Notes under the pieces: model-generated
The model's input: the letters and a program-made list of their open reading frames with translations, nothing else
Told to the model about the DNA's origin: nothing
The model's database searches: none
Assembly: GCA_021811535.1 (NCBI GenBank)
Contig: JAJZOF010000020.1
Span: forward strand, 177,077 to 241,076
Direction: 5' to 3'
DNA length: 64,000 nt
DNA from: Candidatus Micrarchaeota archaeon
GTDB taxonomy: Archaea; Micrarchaeota; Micrarchaeia; Micrarchaeales; CABMGC01
Shown here: positions 29,166 to 37,538 of the stretch, in pieces
Layout of the letters: every line of letters begins with the position of its first letter
Position numbering within the stretch: the stretch's first letter is position 1
Translations under genes and position numbers: made by a program

Positions 29166-29169
29166 TATA

Positions 29170-29586
29170 CTATTTAAGTATGGCATAGCTTACCGTATCC
29201 ATTACGCCATCAATCTGCCTTATAGACTCAAGCTTTGAGTTGAGTGCGTCAGCAGTAGCTGCCTTAAGTACGCATACCACGTCGTAGCTCCCCGAAACCT
29301 CGTATATCTTCTCAGCGCCTATCCTCCCTATCTCTTCACCAACCGAAGAGGTATCCTTCTTCGCCGAGACGCTTATCATAACAACTGCGCCAATACCCAG
29401 GTTTGCATCTATAGTGAACCTTCTTATTACACCAGATCTGTACATCTTATTGACGCGTGCTCTGACCGCTCCTTCAGTAAGCCCCAGCTCACGCCCAATC
29501 TTAACGTAACTTACCCTGGAATTATCTATCAGCATGGATAATATCCGCTCATCAGTGGCATCCATGGTATATATTTGGTTGCTCAT
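29170..29586 (-). CDS. Lrp/AsnC family transcriptional regulator (LysM-like)
   Basis: wHTH DERILSML..NSR.SY..IG.ELGLTEGAVRARV plus RAM domain VSGSYD. Confidence 0.93.
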   Translation of the reverse strand: MSNQIYTMDATDERILSMLIDNSRVSYVKIGRELGLTEGAVRARVNKMYRSGVIRRFTIDANLGIGAVVMISVSAKKDTSSVGEEIGRIGAEKIYEVSGSYDVVCVLKAATADALNSKLESIRQIDGVMDTVSYAILK

Positions 29587-29661
29587 AATAAAAATCTAAT
29601 AGTATACTATTTCCGCAGCAATACGATTAACTATAAATATTTGATTCTGGAATATAGAAGC

Positions 29662-30378
29662 ATGTCCGAAATAACCATAGGAAAAAAGATGATGGCAGAA
29701 GCCATAGGCACATTCATACTTGTCTTCATAGGCGCAGGATCGGTGGTAGCATCAAACTACTTCGTAATGGCGAACAGCGCATTCCCGCAACTGCTTCTCA
29801 TAGCATTTGCCAACGGCCTCGCACTTGCCGTGGCAATAACAATAGCGATGGGCATATCCGGTGGCCATATAAACCCTGCAGTAACAATCGGTTTCCTGAC
29901 AGCAAAGCTGATAAATACCAGAGACGCACTCCTATACATAATATCACAGGTTATCGGCGCAACATTAGCAGGACTCTTCCTGCTATTCCTGCTGCCCGTT
30001 ACATTCTCACTTCCCGTACATCTGGGCACACCGTCACTGGCCTCAGGGGTGAGTGTACTACAGGGCATAAGCATAGAAGCTGTAATAACATTCTTCCTTG
30101 TTCTTGCGGTATTCGGCACGATTGTTGACAGGCGCGCCCCGCGGATAGGCGGCTTTGGCGTAGGTCTTGTGCTTGCCGCATCGGCAATGGTGGCCGGTCC
30201 GTTCACAGGCGCCGCGGCAAACCCTGCAAGGGCGATCGGTCCTGCATTGGCTTCAGGGTTCCTGCAGAACTGGTATGTATATTGGATAGGACCGATAGTA
30301 GGCGGGATAGTCGCTGCTCTCGTATATAATTATCTATTCAGGGAAGGAGTCGAGAAGCCATCCAAAAAGCGCAGATAA
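29662..30378 (+). CDS. Aquaporin (MIP family)
   Basis: SGGHINPAVT and NPARAIGP; WVYWIGP-type tail. Confidence 0.95.
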   Translation: MSEITIGKKMMAEAIGTFILVFIGAGSVVASNYFVMANSAFPQLLLIAFANGLALAVAITIAMGISGGHINPAVTIGFLTAKLINTRDALLYIISQVIGATLAGLFLLFLLPVTFSLPVHLGTPSLASGVSVLQGISIEAVITFFLVLAVFGTIVDRRAPRIGGFGVGLVLAASAMVAGPFTGAAANPARAIGPALASGFLQNWYVYWIGPIVGGIVAALVYNYLFREGVEKPSKKRR

Positions 30379-32535
30379 CTATCTCAGGAAGAGTTTCCGC
30401 AGGGAGTTCCTGAGGGATTTGTAGCTTGGGCATCTGTATCTTGCTTCGCTATCCCCGTCTCCAACCTTAACTGAAATGGCACTCTCAGGTAGCACGTAGA
30501 AGAGGCTCTCGTCCGTTATATCATCCCCCGCACTGAATACAAACCCATGTTTTTTCCTTGCCAAGACAAGCTCGTAGTATATGCCTTTGCTCATCATATT
30601 GCTTACCTCTACGACTTTCTTGCCGAAAAGAACATTGACCTGGCTGTTTGCCGTTATGTTAGTGAGCGTATTATATACCTCGTTTGCGGTATCTTCAACT
30701 CCGGCTATCCTTACCTTTCCGTAATGCCATGCTAATGAATTTTCCTTCTGCTCTATAAAAGACCCATCGATCCTGGCCCTGTATTCCTCCATTATTTCTC
30801 TGACAAGGCCCATCCACTTTGTATCGAAGCTGGCAGTCCTCTCCCATCTATCCGTACCCTGGTCCTTGTGATACGCTCCGTGTTCAGCCACCAACGATAT
30901 ATCCATCCCGCCAAACCATCTCTCCATATCCGCCTTTTTTCTCCCACTTATAATCACTACGGTGTGCCCACGCCTTGAGATGCCCTGCAAGAGCTCTAAA
31001 AGTTCAGCATCGGGTTTGGCTTCTCCAGGATTCTCACATAAAGGCACCAGCGTGCCATCATAGTCCAGGATAACGAGGCCGCTGCCAGAGGAAGAGATCC
31101 GACTGGAAACTAATCTTAAGGTCTCTTCATCAAAGACCATTGGTTTTATGGAATTTGCTTTAACAGAGGAGTCAAGGCTGCCCATGAAATTCTCCGCCCA
31201 CCTCCTTACGCCACCTCCCAGAAGCCTCTTTCTTATATTCTTGTTCAATGTGTAATCATATGCACCAGATATCCCCAAGGCCTTTTCCATAGCGTTGCTT
31301 ATATCATCTAGATCGTATGGATTTACTATAAGCGCCTCTTTCATGTCTTTAGACGCGCCTGCGTTGCCACTGAGTATCAATACGCCCTTAAGGTTGTCCT
31401 TTGAGGCTATATACTCCTTAGCTACAAGGTTCATCCCATCCCGAAGCGGAAGGTTTAGCATTACATCGGCAGACTTGTAGAAAGCAATGAGCTCGCCAAA
31501 GCTCAGAGTGTCGTAGATATACAGTACCGGGGTATTCCCGTCCTTGGCATATCTGCTGTTTATCTCGCTGACAAGCATCTCTATTTCCCTCTTCACATGC
31601 CCGTATTTCTCGACATGCTCTCTGGAAGGAACAACCACAAGGACATAAAGAACCCTGCCCACCTGCTCTTGGTTCTTCGCAAGGAAGTATCTGAATGCAT
31701 CAAGCTGCTCTATTATACCCTTTGTATAATCAAGCCTCGAGATGGAGAAGATAAGCTTCTTCCCCCTTACTATTCTGGCAATCTTCCTCCTGTAGTGTGC
31801 TACATTCTCGCTCTTATAGGATGAAAACCTGTCAAAATCTATGCCTATGGGAAAAGCTCTCACCGTGCTGGTATGCCCATGCAGTTTTATCAATCCAAAG
31901 CGATTCTCATACCCGTTCAGGACACGTGCGCTCTCCAGAAAGGCATTTACGTAGTCATATGTATGGAACCCTACAAGATCAGAACCAAGCATTCCGTGTA
32001 TTATCTCTTTATGCCATGGTAGAAGCCGGAATACATCGTAGCTTGGAAAAGGAACATGAAGAAAAAACCCCACCTTCGCATCATTGTATTTCTTTCTTAT
32101 CATATCTGGGAGGAGTCCGAGGTGATAATCATGCACCCATATCGCATCGCCCTTCTTTGCAATCTTGGACAGCGCCCCCATGAAAAGCCTATTTACCCGT
32201 TTATATGCATTCCAATAATCCTGCGAGTATGTGGTATACATAGGGAAAGAGTGTAGCAATGGCCACATAGTCTTGTTTGAAAACCCATTATAATACAAAT
32301 CGAATGTTGGTTTTGGGATGTTTACAGGATAGCACCTGAATTCCTCTATAAGCTTCTTCTCCACATCAGAGTCGATCTTCGTGCCTGGGTATCCTATCCA
32401 CAACGCCTTATAATCATTGTAAAATGAGCTCAATCCTGTCGCAAGGCCCCCAACGCTTCCCTTAAATCTGACCTCTCCATCAACATTTTTTATTGATACA
32501 GGCAGCCTGTTCGATACTATTATCAGCCTTCCCAT
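30379..32535 (-). CDS. Bifunctional trehalose-6-phosphate synthase/phosphatase (OtsA-OtsB fusion)
   Basis: VSNRLP, WVHDYHL, RLDYTKG, DGMNLVAKEY, then HAD motifs LDYDGTL and GDDITDE. Confidence 0.95.
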   Translation of the reverse strand: MGRLIIVSNRLPVSIKNVDGEVRFKGSVGGLATGLSSFYNDYKALWIGYPGTKIDSDVEKKLIEEFRCYPVNIPKPTFDLYYNGFSNKTMWPLLHSFPMYTTYSQDYWNAYKRVNRLFMGALSKIAKKGDAIWVHDYHLGLLPDMIRKKYNDAKVGFFLHVPFPSYDVFRLLPWHKEIIHGMLGSDLVGFHTYDYVNAFLESARVLNGYENRFGLIKLHGHTSTVRAFPIGIDFDRFSSYKSENVAHYRRKIARIVRGKKLIFSISRLDYTKGIIEQLDAFRYFLAKNQEQVGRVLYVLVVVPSREHVEKYGHVKREIEMLVSEINSRYAKDGNTPVLYIYDTLSFGELIAFYKSADVMLNLPLRDGMNLVAKEYIASKDNLKGVLILSGNAGASKDMKEALIVNPYDLDDISNAMEKALGISGAYDYTLNKNIRKRLLGGGVRRWAENFMGSLDSSVKANSIKPMVFDEETLRLVSSRISSSGSGLVILDYDGTLVPLCENPGEAKPDAELLELLQGISRRGHTVVIISGRKKADMERWFGGMDISLVAEHGAYHKDQGTDRWERTASFDTKWMGLVREIMEEYRARIDGSFIEQKENSLAWHYGKVRIAGVEDTANEVYNTLTNITANSQVNVLFGKKVVEVSNMMSKGIYYELVLARKKHGFVFSAGDDITDESLFYVLPESAISVKVGDGDSEARYRCPSYKSLRNSLRKLFLR

Positions 32536-32815
32536 TTCCAGATACCTTGGAGATAAATAGTAAGCAAGCTTATTATTTATTAAGGAGATTTTTAGCCGCT
32601 GCAGCTTCCAACCCTTTAGATAAGTCTATTATATTTCTCCAAGTATTATCCGCTCCAAACCCTCTTCTCCTACCTGACATATCTGCTTTCCCAATCTGAC
32701 AATGGAATAAACGCTGCACAACTGCGCCCAGAAGCCAAATATAACAAAAAGGAATCAATCCCGGTTTAAATAAGCTAATTCGGGATAGTACGTATCCGAT
32801 GCGGCAAGAAGTGCC

Positions 32816-32937
32816 TGGCGGGGGCGAGATTTGAACACGCGACCTCTAGATATCTTAGCAATCACAGCAAGTTGCTCATCACTCAAAAATGCTTTGCATA
32901 TGAGTCTAGCGCTCTAACCAGGCTGAGCTACCCCGCC
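32816..32937 (-). tRNA. Elongator tRNA-Met(CAU) with 47-nt intron at 37/38 (32852-32898)
   Basis: Reverse complement GGCGGGGTAGCTCAG...CTAGA-CTCATA[intron]A-TCTAG...GTTCAAATC...CCCCGCCA; relaxed BHB. Confidence 0.9.
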
Positions 32938-32984
32938 TAATCTTATAATTCTAACAAACAAAAATTAATAAATGGGGCATAAAA

Positions 32985-33494
32985 TTAACCGAGTATCCGT
33001 ATTATCAGTTCCTCTGCTGCCTTAGCTGCCAGGAGCAGGAAAACCCCAAATATGGCGATGAAGATTCCCACCGCGCCTACGTTAAAGAGCACAAAAGCGA
33101 ACGCAAGAGCCACAGCAGGAGGATGCTCGCTTTCTGTGACATGAAGAAGCAAGGCGACAAAGAGCAGGACGATGGCTGCCGAAGCATAAAAACCCAGGAT
33201 GCCTATAAGTACATATCCAATGTATCCGATGACGCCTCCTATAAAGTAAGACCTCACGAAAACATCCTTTCGTGCGGCATACGTGCCAGGCATCATGAAC
33301 AATATGAAGCCGCTTGCTCCAAAAGAAGCAAAAATAATGGAAGAGTAGCCAAATCCCTTTTCTAAGCCGATGTTTACGTAGTCAAGGACATAAATTATTG
33401 CGACTAGTGCGAAAGTGAAGATAAGTGCTGCAAGATAAGGTGTATGCTTATGCTTCCATGCTGCGACATCTCCCTTCCTAGCCTTCCTGCGCAT
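32985..33494 (-). CDS. HPP family membrane protein
   Basis: ASFGAS and HPPA motifs. Confidence 0.88.
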   Translation of the reverse strand: MRRKARKGDVAAWKHKHTPYLAALIFTFALVAIIYVLDYVNIGLEKGFGYSSIIFASFGASGFILFMMPGTYAARKDVFVRSYFIGGVIGYIGYVLIGILGFYASAAIVLLFVALLLHVTESEHPPAVALAFAFVLFNVGAVGIFIAIFGVFLLLAAKAAEELIIRILG

Positions 33495-33545
33495 AAATGT
33501 AATCTGCAGATAAGTGTTAAAAACGATGCTTTATATAAAGAAAAC

Positions 33546-34298
33546 ATGGAAGCGCTAGTCAGGAGGCATGACCCGAAGGAGCTTTCCAAGGCAAACGAGA
33601 TTCTATCTTCTGCAGCAAGCTATTTTTATAAGAACGTCTGCCCTGTAAGGACCGCCAAGCCGGAAATAATACTTCTCGAAGGTCTGCGAAGCGAGGAAGG
33701 AATGTTCGGATACTATTTTTCAGGCAAGCTGGTTATAGATCCGGATTACGGAATAAACGAGAAGACAATACCGCATGAATTTTTCCATCATCTCCAGGAA
33801 GCCACAGGAAGGAATCCAAACATTCCGTACCACATGCTTACCGCAGACCACAAAGCAGTGAAGGAAGCAGGGCCGAACCTCTTCGCAGCATTGTACATGT
33901 CGCGCGACATGAAGGGAACAGAGCGCATATTCTTCATTGCTGATTTTCTTAATACCAAATACTCTGACGAATGGAATCCACTGGATTTGGCGTTTGCAAG
34001 ATATGGCGAATATAACAGGGCACAGGCGTTCCTCCCCCGGAAGCGCAAAGACGTCTACATACCAACATACGCTGAAGGAAAAGCCATTGCACTTCTTTCC
34101 ATAGCGTCCTGCGGGCTTGATGTATACACATCAGCAAGACAGTTGCTGGAGGATCCGGAGAGCGTGCTCAGGAACCTCGAAGCTGCAGCAAGGAAAGACA
34201 AAGACTTAATTATATTATCAAGGCTAAATGAGCTTAAGAGCATGCACAACCGCCCTAGCTTCCTGCTGAAAGATATAGCTGCTGTTGCTAGGACCTGA
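33546..34298 (+). CDS. Hypothetical protein with zincin HExxH motif
   Basis: GYY...TIPHEFFHHLQ...KEAG resembles a gluzincin signature. Confidence 0.6.
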   Translation: MEALVRRHDPKELSKANEILSSAASYFYKNVCPVRTAKPEIILLEGLRSEEGMFGYYFSGKLVIDPDYGINEKTIPHEFFHHLQEATGRNPNIPYHMLTADHKAVKEAGPNLFAALYMSRDMKGTERIFFIADFLNTKYSDEWNPLDLAFARYGEYNRAQAFLPRKRKDVYIPTYAEGKAIALLSIASCGLDVYTSARQLLEDPESVLRNLEAAARKDKDLIILSRLNELKSMHNRPSFLLKDIAAVART

Positions 34299-34301
34299 AA
34301 T

Positions 34302-34374
34302 GGCCTTGGTGGTGTAGCGGCTAGCATAGGGGACTGTGGATCCTCCGGTCCGGGTTCGACTCCCGGCTAAGGCC
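34302..34374 (+). tRNA. tRNA-His(GUG), genomically encoded G-1
   Basis: GGCCTTGG...GGGGA-CTGTGGA-TCCTC...GTTCGACTC...CTAAGGCC; G-1:C73 pair. Confidence 0.93.
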
Positions 34375-35864
34375 TAGAAAAGATACAGCGCGGAAAGCCT
34401 CACTACCTTCTTTATAAACTTGTAAACACTGTTGGAATTTCTCTTTACATCTTTTATAAGGGCTTTGTAACGCGTCTTCTCCTCAGGAGAGAGAGTGCCC
34501 TCCTTTACTATCTCCTGCTTTTTGCCATCTACGATCTGCACCTCTCTCTTGCTTATTATATCTTTCCTTACCATCCCATACCACTCGTCAAGGGTATTCC
34601 CCTTGGAGCGTATCATCTTCAGGAAGTCCTTCATCTTTATTTTCCTCCTCTTCCCTGTCCTGTCCTCCTCTGCAGCAGGTATAAGTGCAGCCTTATCGCA
34701 AATTTCCTCGATATCTGCCTGTGAGAAACCCATTGTCGCCCTGGCAAGCCTGCCAAAATTTATTCTGGCAAGAGGCATCTTTCTGGTATTAAACTTGAAT
34801 GCCTGTTTTCTGGTCTTGTAATCCGGAGGCGGTATATATATCGCGTCCCCGAACCTCTTGCTCCTCTTGAGGGCAGGATCTATGTCCCATGGCTGGTTTG
34901 TAGCACCTATAACGAATATACCTTCAGGATTTGCCTCAACCCCATCCATTTCCTGAAGGAATTGGTTCACTGCCATTCTCATGTAATTCTGGCCTCCGTC
35001 TCCGCCTCCACCACCTCCGCCGCCTCCCCTCTTAACCCCAAGCGCGTCCAGCTCGTCAAAAAATATCACGCACGGGGTATTCTTTCTGGCCTGCTCGAAT
35101 ATGGCATGCATGTTCTTCTCAGTATTTCCCGCATACATATCGACTATCTCATTTATCCTTGCTATTATGACATTCGATCCTGTCTCTCCGCCTATTGCAT
35201 TGACAAAATAAGTCTTCCCGCATCCAGGAGGCCCGTAAAATATCACTCCTAGCCCTAGCTTCTTCCCGTATGCCTTGAGCATCTCGGGCTTCTTTATAGC
35301 GAGTATTATATTGTCGTGTATAGATTCTTTCTCCTTCTTCATCCCTACAACATCATTAAATGTTATGGTGGATTTGTGCCACTTTGCAGTCTTGAGCTGG
35401 CCATCCTCTATCTTTGTTCCAGTGCCTTCCTCGAAGGTCTTCTCTGTCTTTGAGACATCAATCTTTGCCTTTAACCCATCAAGCCGCGTCTTGGCCTGCT
35501 CGTAATTAGGATTCTTTGCAAGTGCCGCTTCATACCACTCCTTCGCACCTTTAAAGTCGTTCTGATACTCGGATATTATACCCATCACATAAGGTGCATC
35601 GCAGCTGTCAGGCTCTATATTCATAACCGTCTCAGCGTCCCTTGAAGCCTCTTCATACCTATTTATCAGCGCATAAGAAAGCGATCTGTTGAAGTAAGCG
35701 CTTGCATACTTTGGGTCTTCCTTCAATGCCTTGCTATAAAGGTCTATTGCCTCTTCAAACTTGCTCTCCTCGAATGCCTTCCCCGCTTTCTTGTAGAAAT
35801 CTTCGGCAAGTGGATTATTTGTACCGCTTTTTTCGTTTTTTTGGTTCTCCTTTGTCTCTGCCAC
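34374..35864 (-). CDS. TPR-domain AAA+ ATPase (classical clade, Cdc48/Vps4-like single ring)
   Basis: Three N-terminal TPRs; GPPGCGKT, FFDELD, ATNQPWDIDPALKR..RF. Confidence 0.88.
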   Translation of the reverse strand: MAETKENQKNEKSGTNNPLAEDFYKKAGKAFEESKFEEAIDLYSKALKEDPKYASAYFNRSLSYALINRYEEASRDAETVMNIEPDSCDAPYVMGIISEYQNDFKGAKEWYEAALAKNPNYEQAKTRLDGLKAKIDVSKTEKTFEEGTGTKIEDGQLKTAKWHKSTITFNDVVGMKKEKESIHDNIILAIKKPEMLKAYGKKLGLGVIFYGPPGCGKTYFVNAIGGETGSNVIIARINEIVDMYAGNTEKNMHAIFEQARKNTPCVIFFDELDALGVKRGGGGGGGGGDGGQNYMRMAVNQFLQEMDGVEANPEGIFVIGATNQPWDIDPALKRSKRFGDAIYIPPPDYKTRKQAFKFNTRKMPLARINFGRLARATMGFSQADIEEICDKAALIPAAEEDRTGKRRKIKMKDFLKMIRSKGNTLDEWYGMVRKDIISKREVQIVDGKKQEIVKEGTLSPEEKTRYKALIKDVKRNSNSVYKFIKKVVRLSALYLF

Positions 35865-36287
35865 TCACACACCCGCGATAATACCATCAAGGAGATGGTT
35901 AAGCTGCCTGTCAACATAACTTATGTTTTTATCTTCTCTAGGCACATTAAAAAGCTTATACGATTTGAAGGAACCGAGAAGCGTAAGGGCCTTCCCATGA
36001 AGCTCTCTAAGTCCCGTATCCCTTACCTTATACTCGCCTTTCAGCTGCCTCACTACTATCTGACTGTCGGAGTAAAGTTCCATCTCCCTCTCCGCCTCTG
36101 GGATGCTAAGCACGAACTCGAGCGCGCCTATGACTGCTTTATATTCTGCAGCATTATTTGTGGCCTTGCCATTATAAAAATAACGTTCCCCTATTTTCTT
36201 CATATATCCGTCGAATACAACATATCCAGACGCACTGATTCCCGGGTTGCCCCTTGACGCTCCATCCGTATAAATCTTAAATACCAT
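35865..36287 (-). CDS. rnhA: Ribonuclease HI
   Basis: YTDGASRGNPG, TNNAAEY, DSQ, VPREDK. Confidence 0.92.
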   Translation of the reverse strand: MVFKIYTDGASRGNPGISASGYVVFDGYMKKIGERYFYNGKATNNAAEYKAVIGALEFVLSIPEAEREMELYSDSQIVVRQLKGEYKVRDTGLRELHGKALTLLGSFKSYKLFNVPREDKNISYVDRQLNHLLDGIIAGV

Positions 36288-36321
36288 AGCACCAAACTAC
36301 AATCATATATACAGTGATTTA

Positions 36322-36867
36322 TTGCCCATGCAGATAAAAAAATGTATTGTAGGGAGTACAGTAATACTTGATAAGAAGGGACTCTCCACGCTTCTTATAA
36401 AACATAAAAAGCTCAACGTGTGGATTAACCCTGGAGGCCACCTGGAAGACCAGGAATTCCCATACGATGCCGCAAAAAGGGAAGCCATGGAAGAGACAGG
36501 GACTAAAGTAAGCATTATAGATGTCAGGCAGAGTGCAACAAAAATAAACGATGCGCACAGCCGCACGTCAATCTTCCCTCTGCATATACTAGAGGAGAAA
36601 GTGGTTTACAGTGATTCCACACATACACATCTCGACTTCGTATACATCAGCGTAGCGGATAAGACCAAGGTACACAAAGTAGGAAAAGGGGAGTCAAAAG
36701 AGATAAAATGGTATAATCAGGCGGAGCTGCCAAGGAATCTTATGTTCAAAAATAGCATCATGGTTATAGAATCCGCGTTCAAATCCTACTCCTCCATGCT
36801 CGCGTCAAGAAGGTCACGAAGGGATCCGAAGTCCAGAGTCTCTCCTTCCCCTATGCACAAGGCATGA
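36322..36867 (+). CDS. NUDIX hydrolase
   Basis: PGGHLE..E....AAKREAMEETG. Confidence 0.9.
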   Translation: MPMQIKKCIVGSTVILDKKGLSTLLIKHKKLNVWINPGGHLEDQEFPYDAAKREAMEETGTKVSIIDVRQSATKINDAHSRTSIFPLHILEEKVVYSDSTHTHLDFVYISVADKTKVHKVGKGESKEIKWYNQAELPRNLMFKNSIMVIESAFKSYSSMLASRRSRRDPKSRVSPSPMHKA

Positions 36868-37538
36868 ATGCTACCAAGATCAACATCGCCACCTAGCATC
36901 CGGGCAAGTTCACTTTCAGAACCAGGGCTTATCTCAAATCCTTCTGAGAAATAGCTTGCCGCAGGAAGCACAAGCATCTTGCCTCCCCTTATCTTGCCAT
37001 ATAGAAAGCAGCGCAGCCTCTCCTTCGCTCCTAATCTGGTGTACAAGGCAATAGAGGGGTGTATATGGCCAATTATAAGTAATTTGCCTCCATTGAGATT
37101 CACAGGTTTATCTCCATGCGCAAATACATACTCGCCGCGGCGCAACTCGCCATTGTAAATAACTATCCCGGTCCCTTCCCCCACGCGGCCTATGAAATTG
37201 TCATGGTTGCCCTTCACCAGCAAAAATCTCCTTATTCCCAATCCTTCTGAGAAGGAGACAAGCTCTTTAAGCTCGTTGAACTCTTCTAAATGAACCTTTG
37301 AGAAGTCATTTTTTATGTCGCCATTGACTATAAGTTCCTTGACAACTCTTCCAGCAGCTGCACTTCCTATATACCCCTTTATGCTGCTTAAGTTGGCCTT
37401 AGGGAGGAAATACCGCCTCCGCTCCGCCATAACCCCCTCATATCCAAGATGCAGATCGGAGCACACCAAGGCCTTCAGGTCCCTCAGATAAGCAATAGGT
37501 GTGCCATCGACTATCTCTACATTCTCAGAGAGGCGCAT
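36786..37538 (-). CDS. Metallophosphoesterase (Lhr-associated, calcineurin-like)
   Basis: SDLHLG, NGD, GNHD, HG, GHIHP. Confidence 0.9.
   Translation of the reverse strand: MRLSENVEIVDGTPIAYLRDLKALVCSDLHLGYEGVMAERRRYFLPKANLSSIKGYIGSAAAGRVVKELIVNGDIKNDFSKVHLEEFNELKELVSFSEGLGIRRFLLVKGNHDNFIGRVGEGTGIVIYNGELRRGEYVFAHGDKPVNLNGGKLLIIGHIHPSIALYTRLGAKERLRCFLYGKIRGGKMLVLPAASYFSEGFEISPGSESELARMLGGDVDLGSIHALCIGEGETLDFGSLRDLLDASMEE

Noticed and set aside
32573-32758. 61-aa ORF between TPSP and tRNA-Met
   Set aside because: No motif or clear SD, so it cannot be supported as coding.
32816-32937. Calling the CAU tRNA tRNA-Ile2
   Set aside because: The acceptor stem GGCGGGG and the 37/38 intron fit elongator Met; Ile-type tRNAs begin GGGC, as at 52950.
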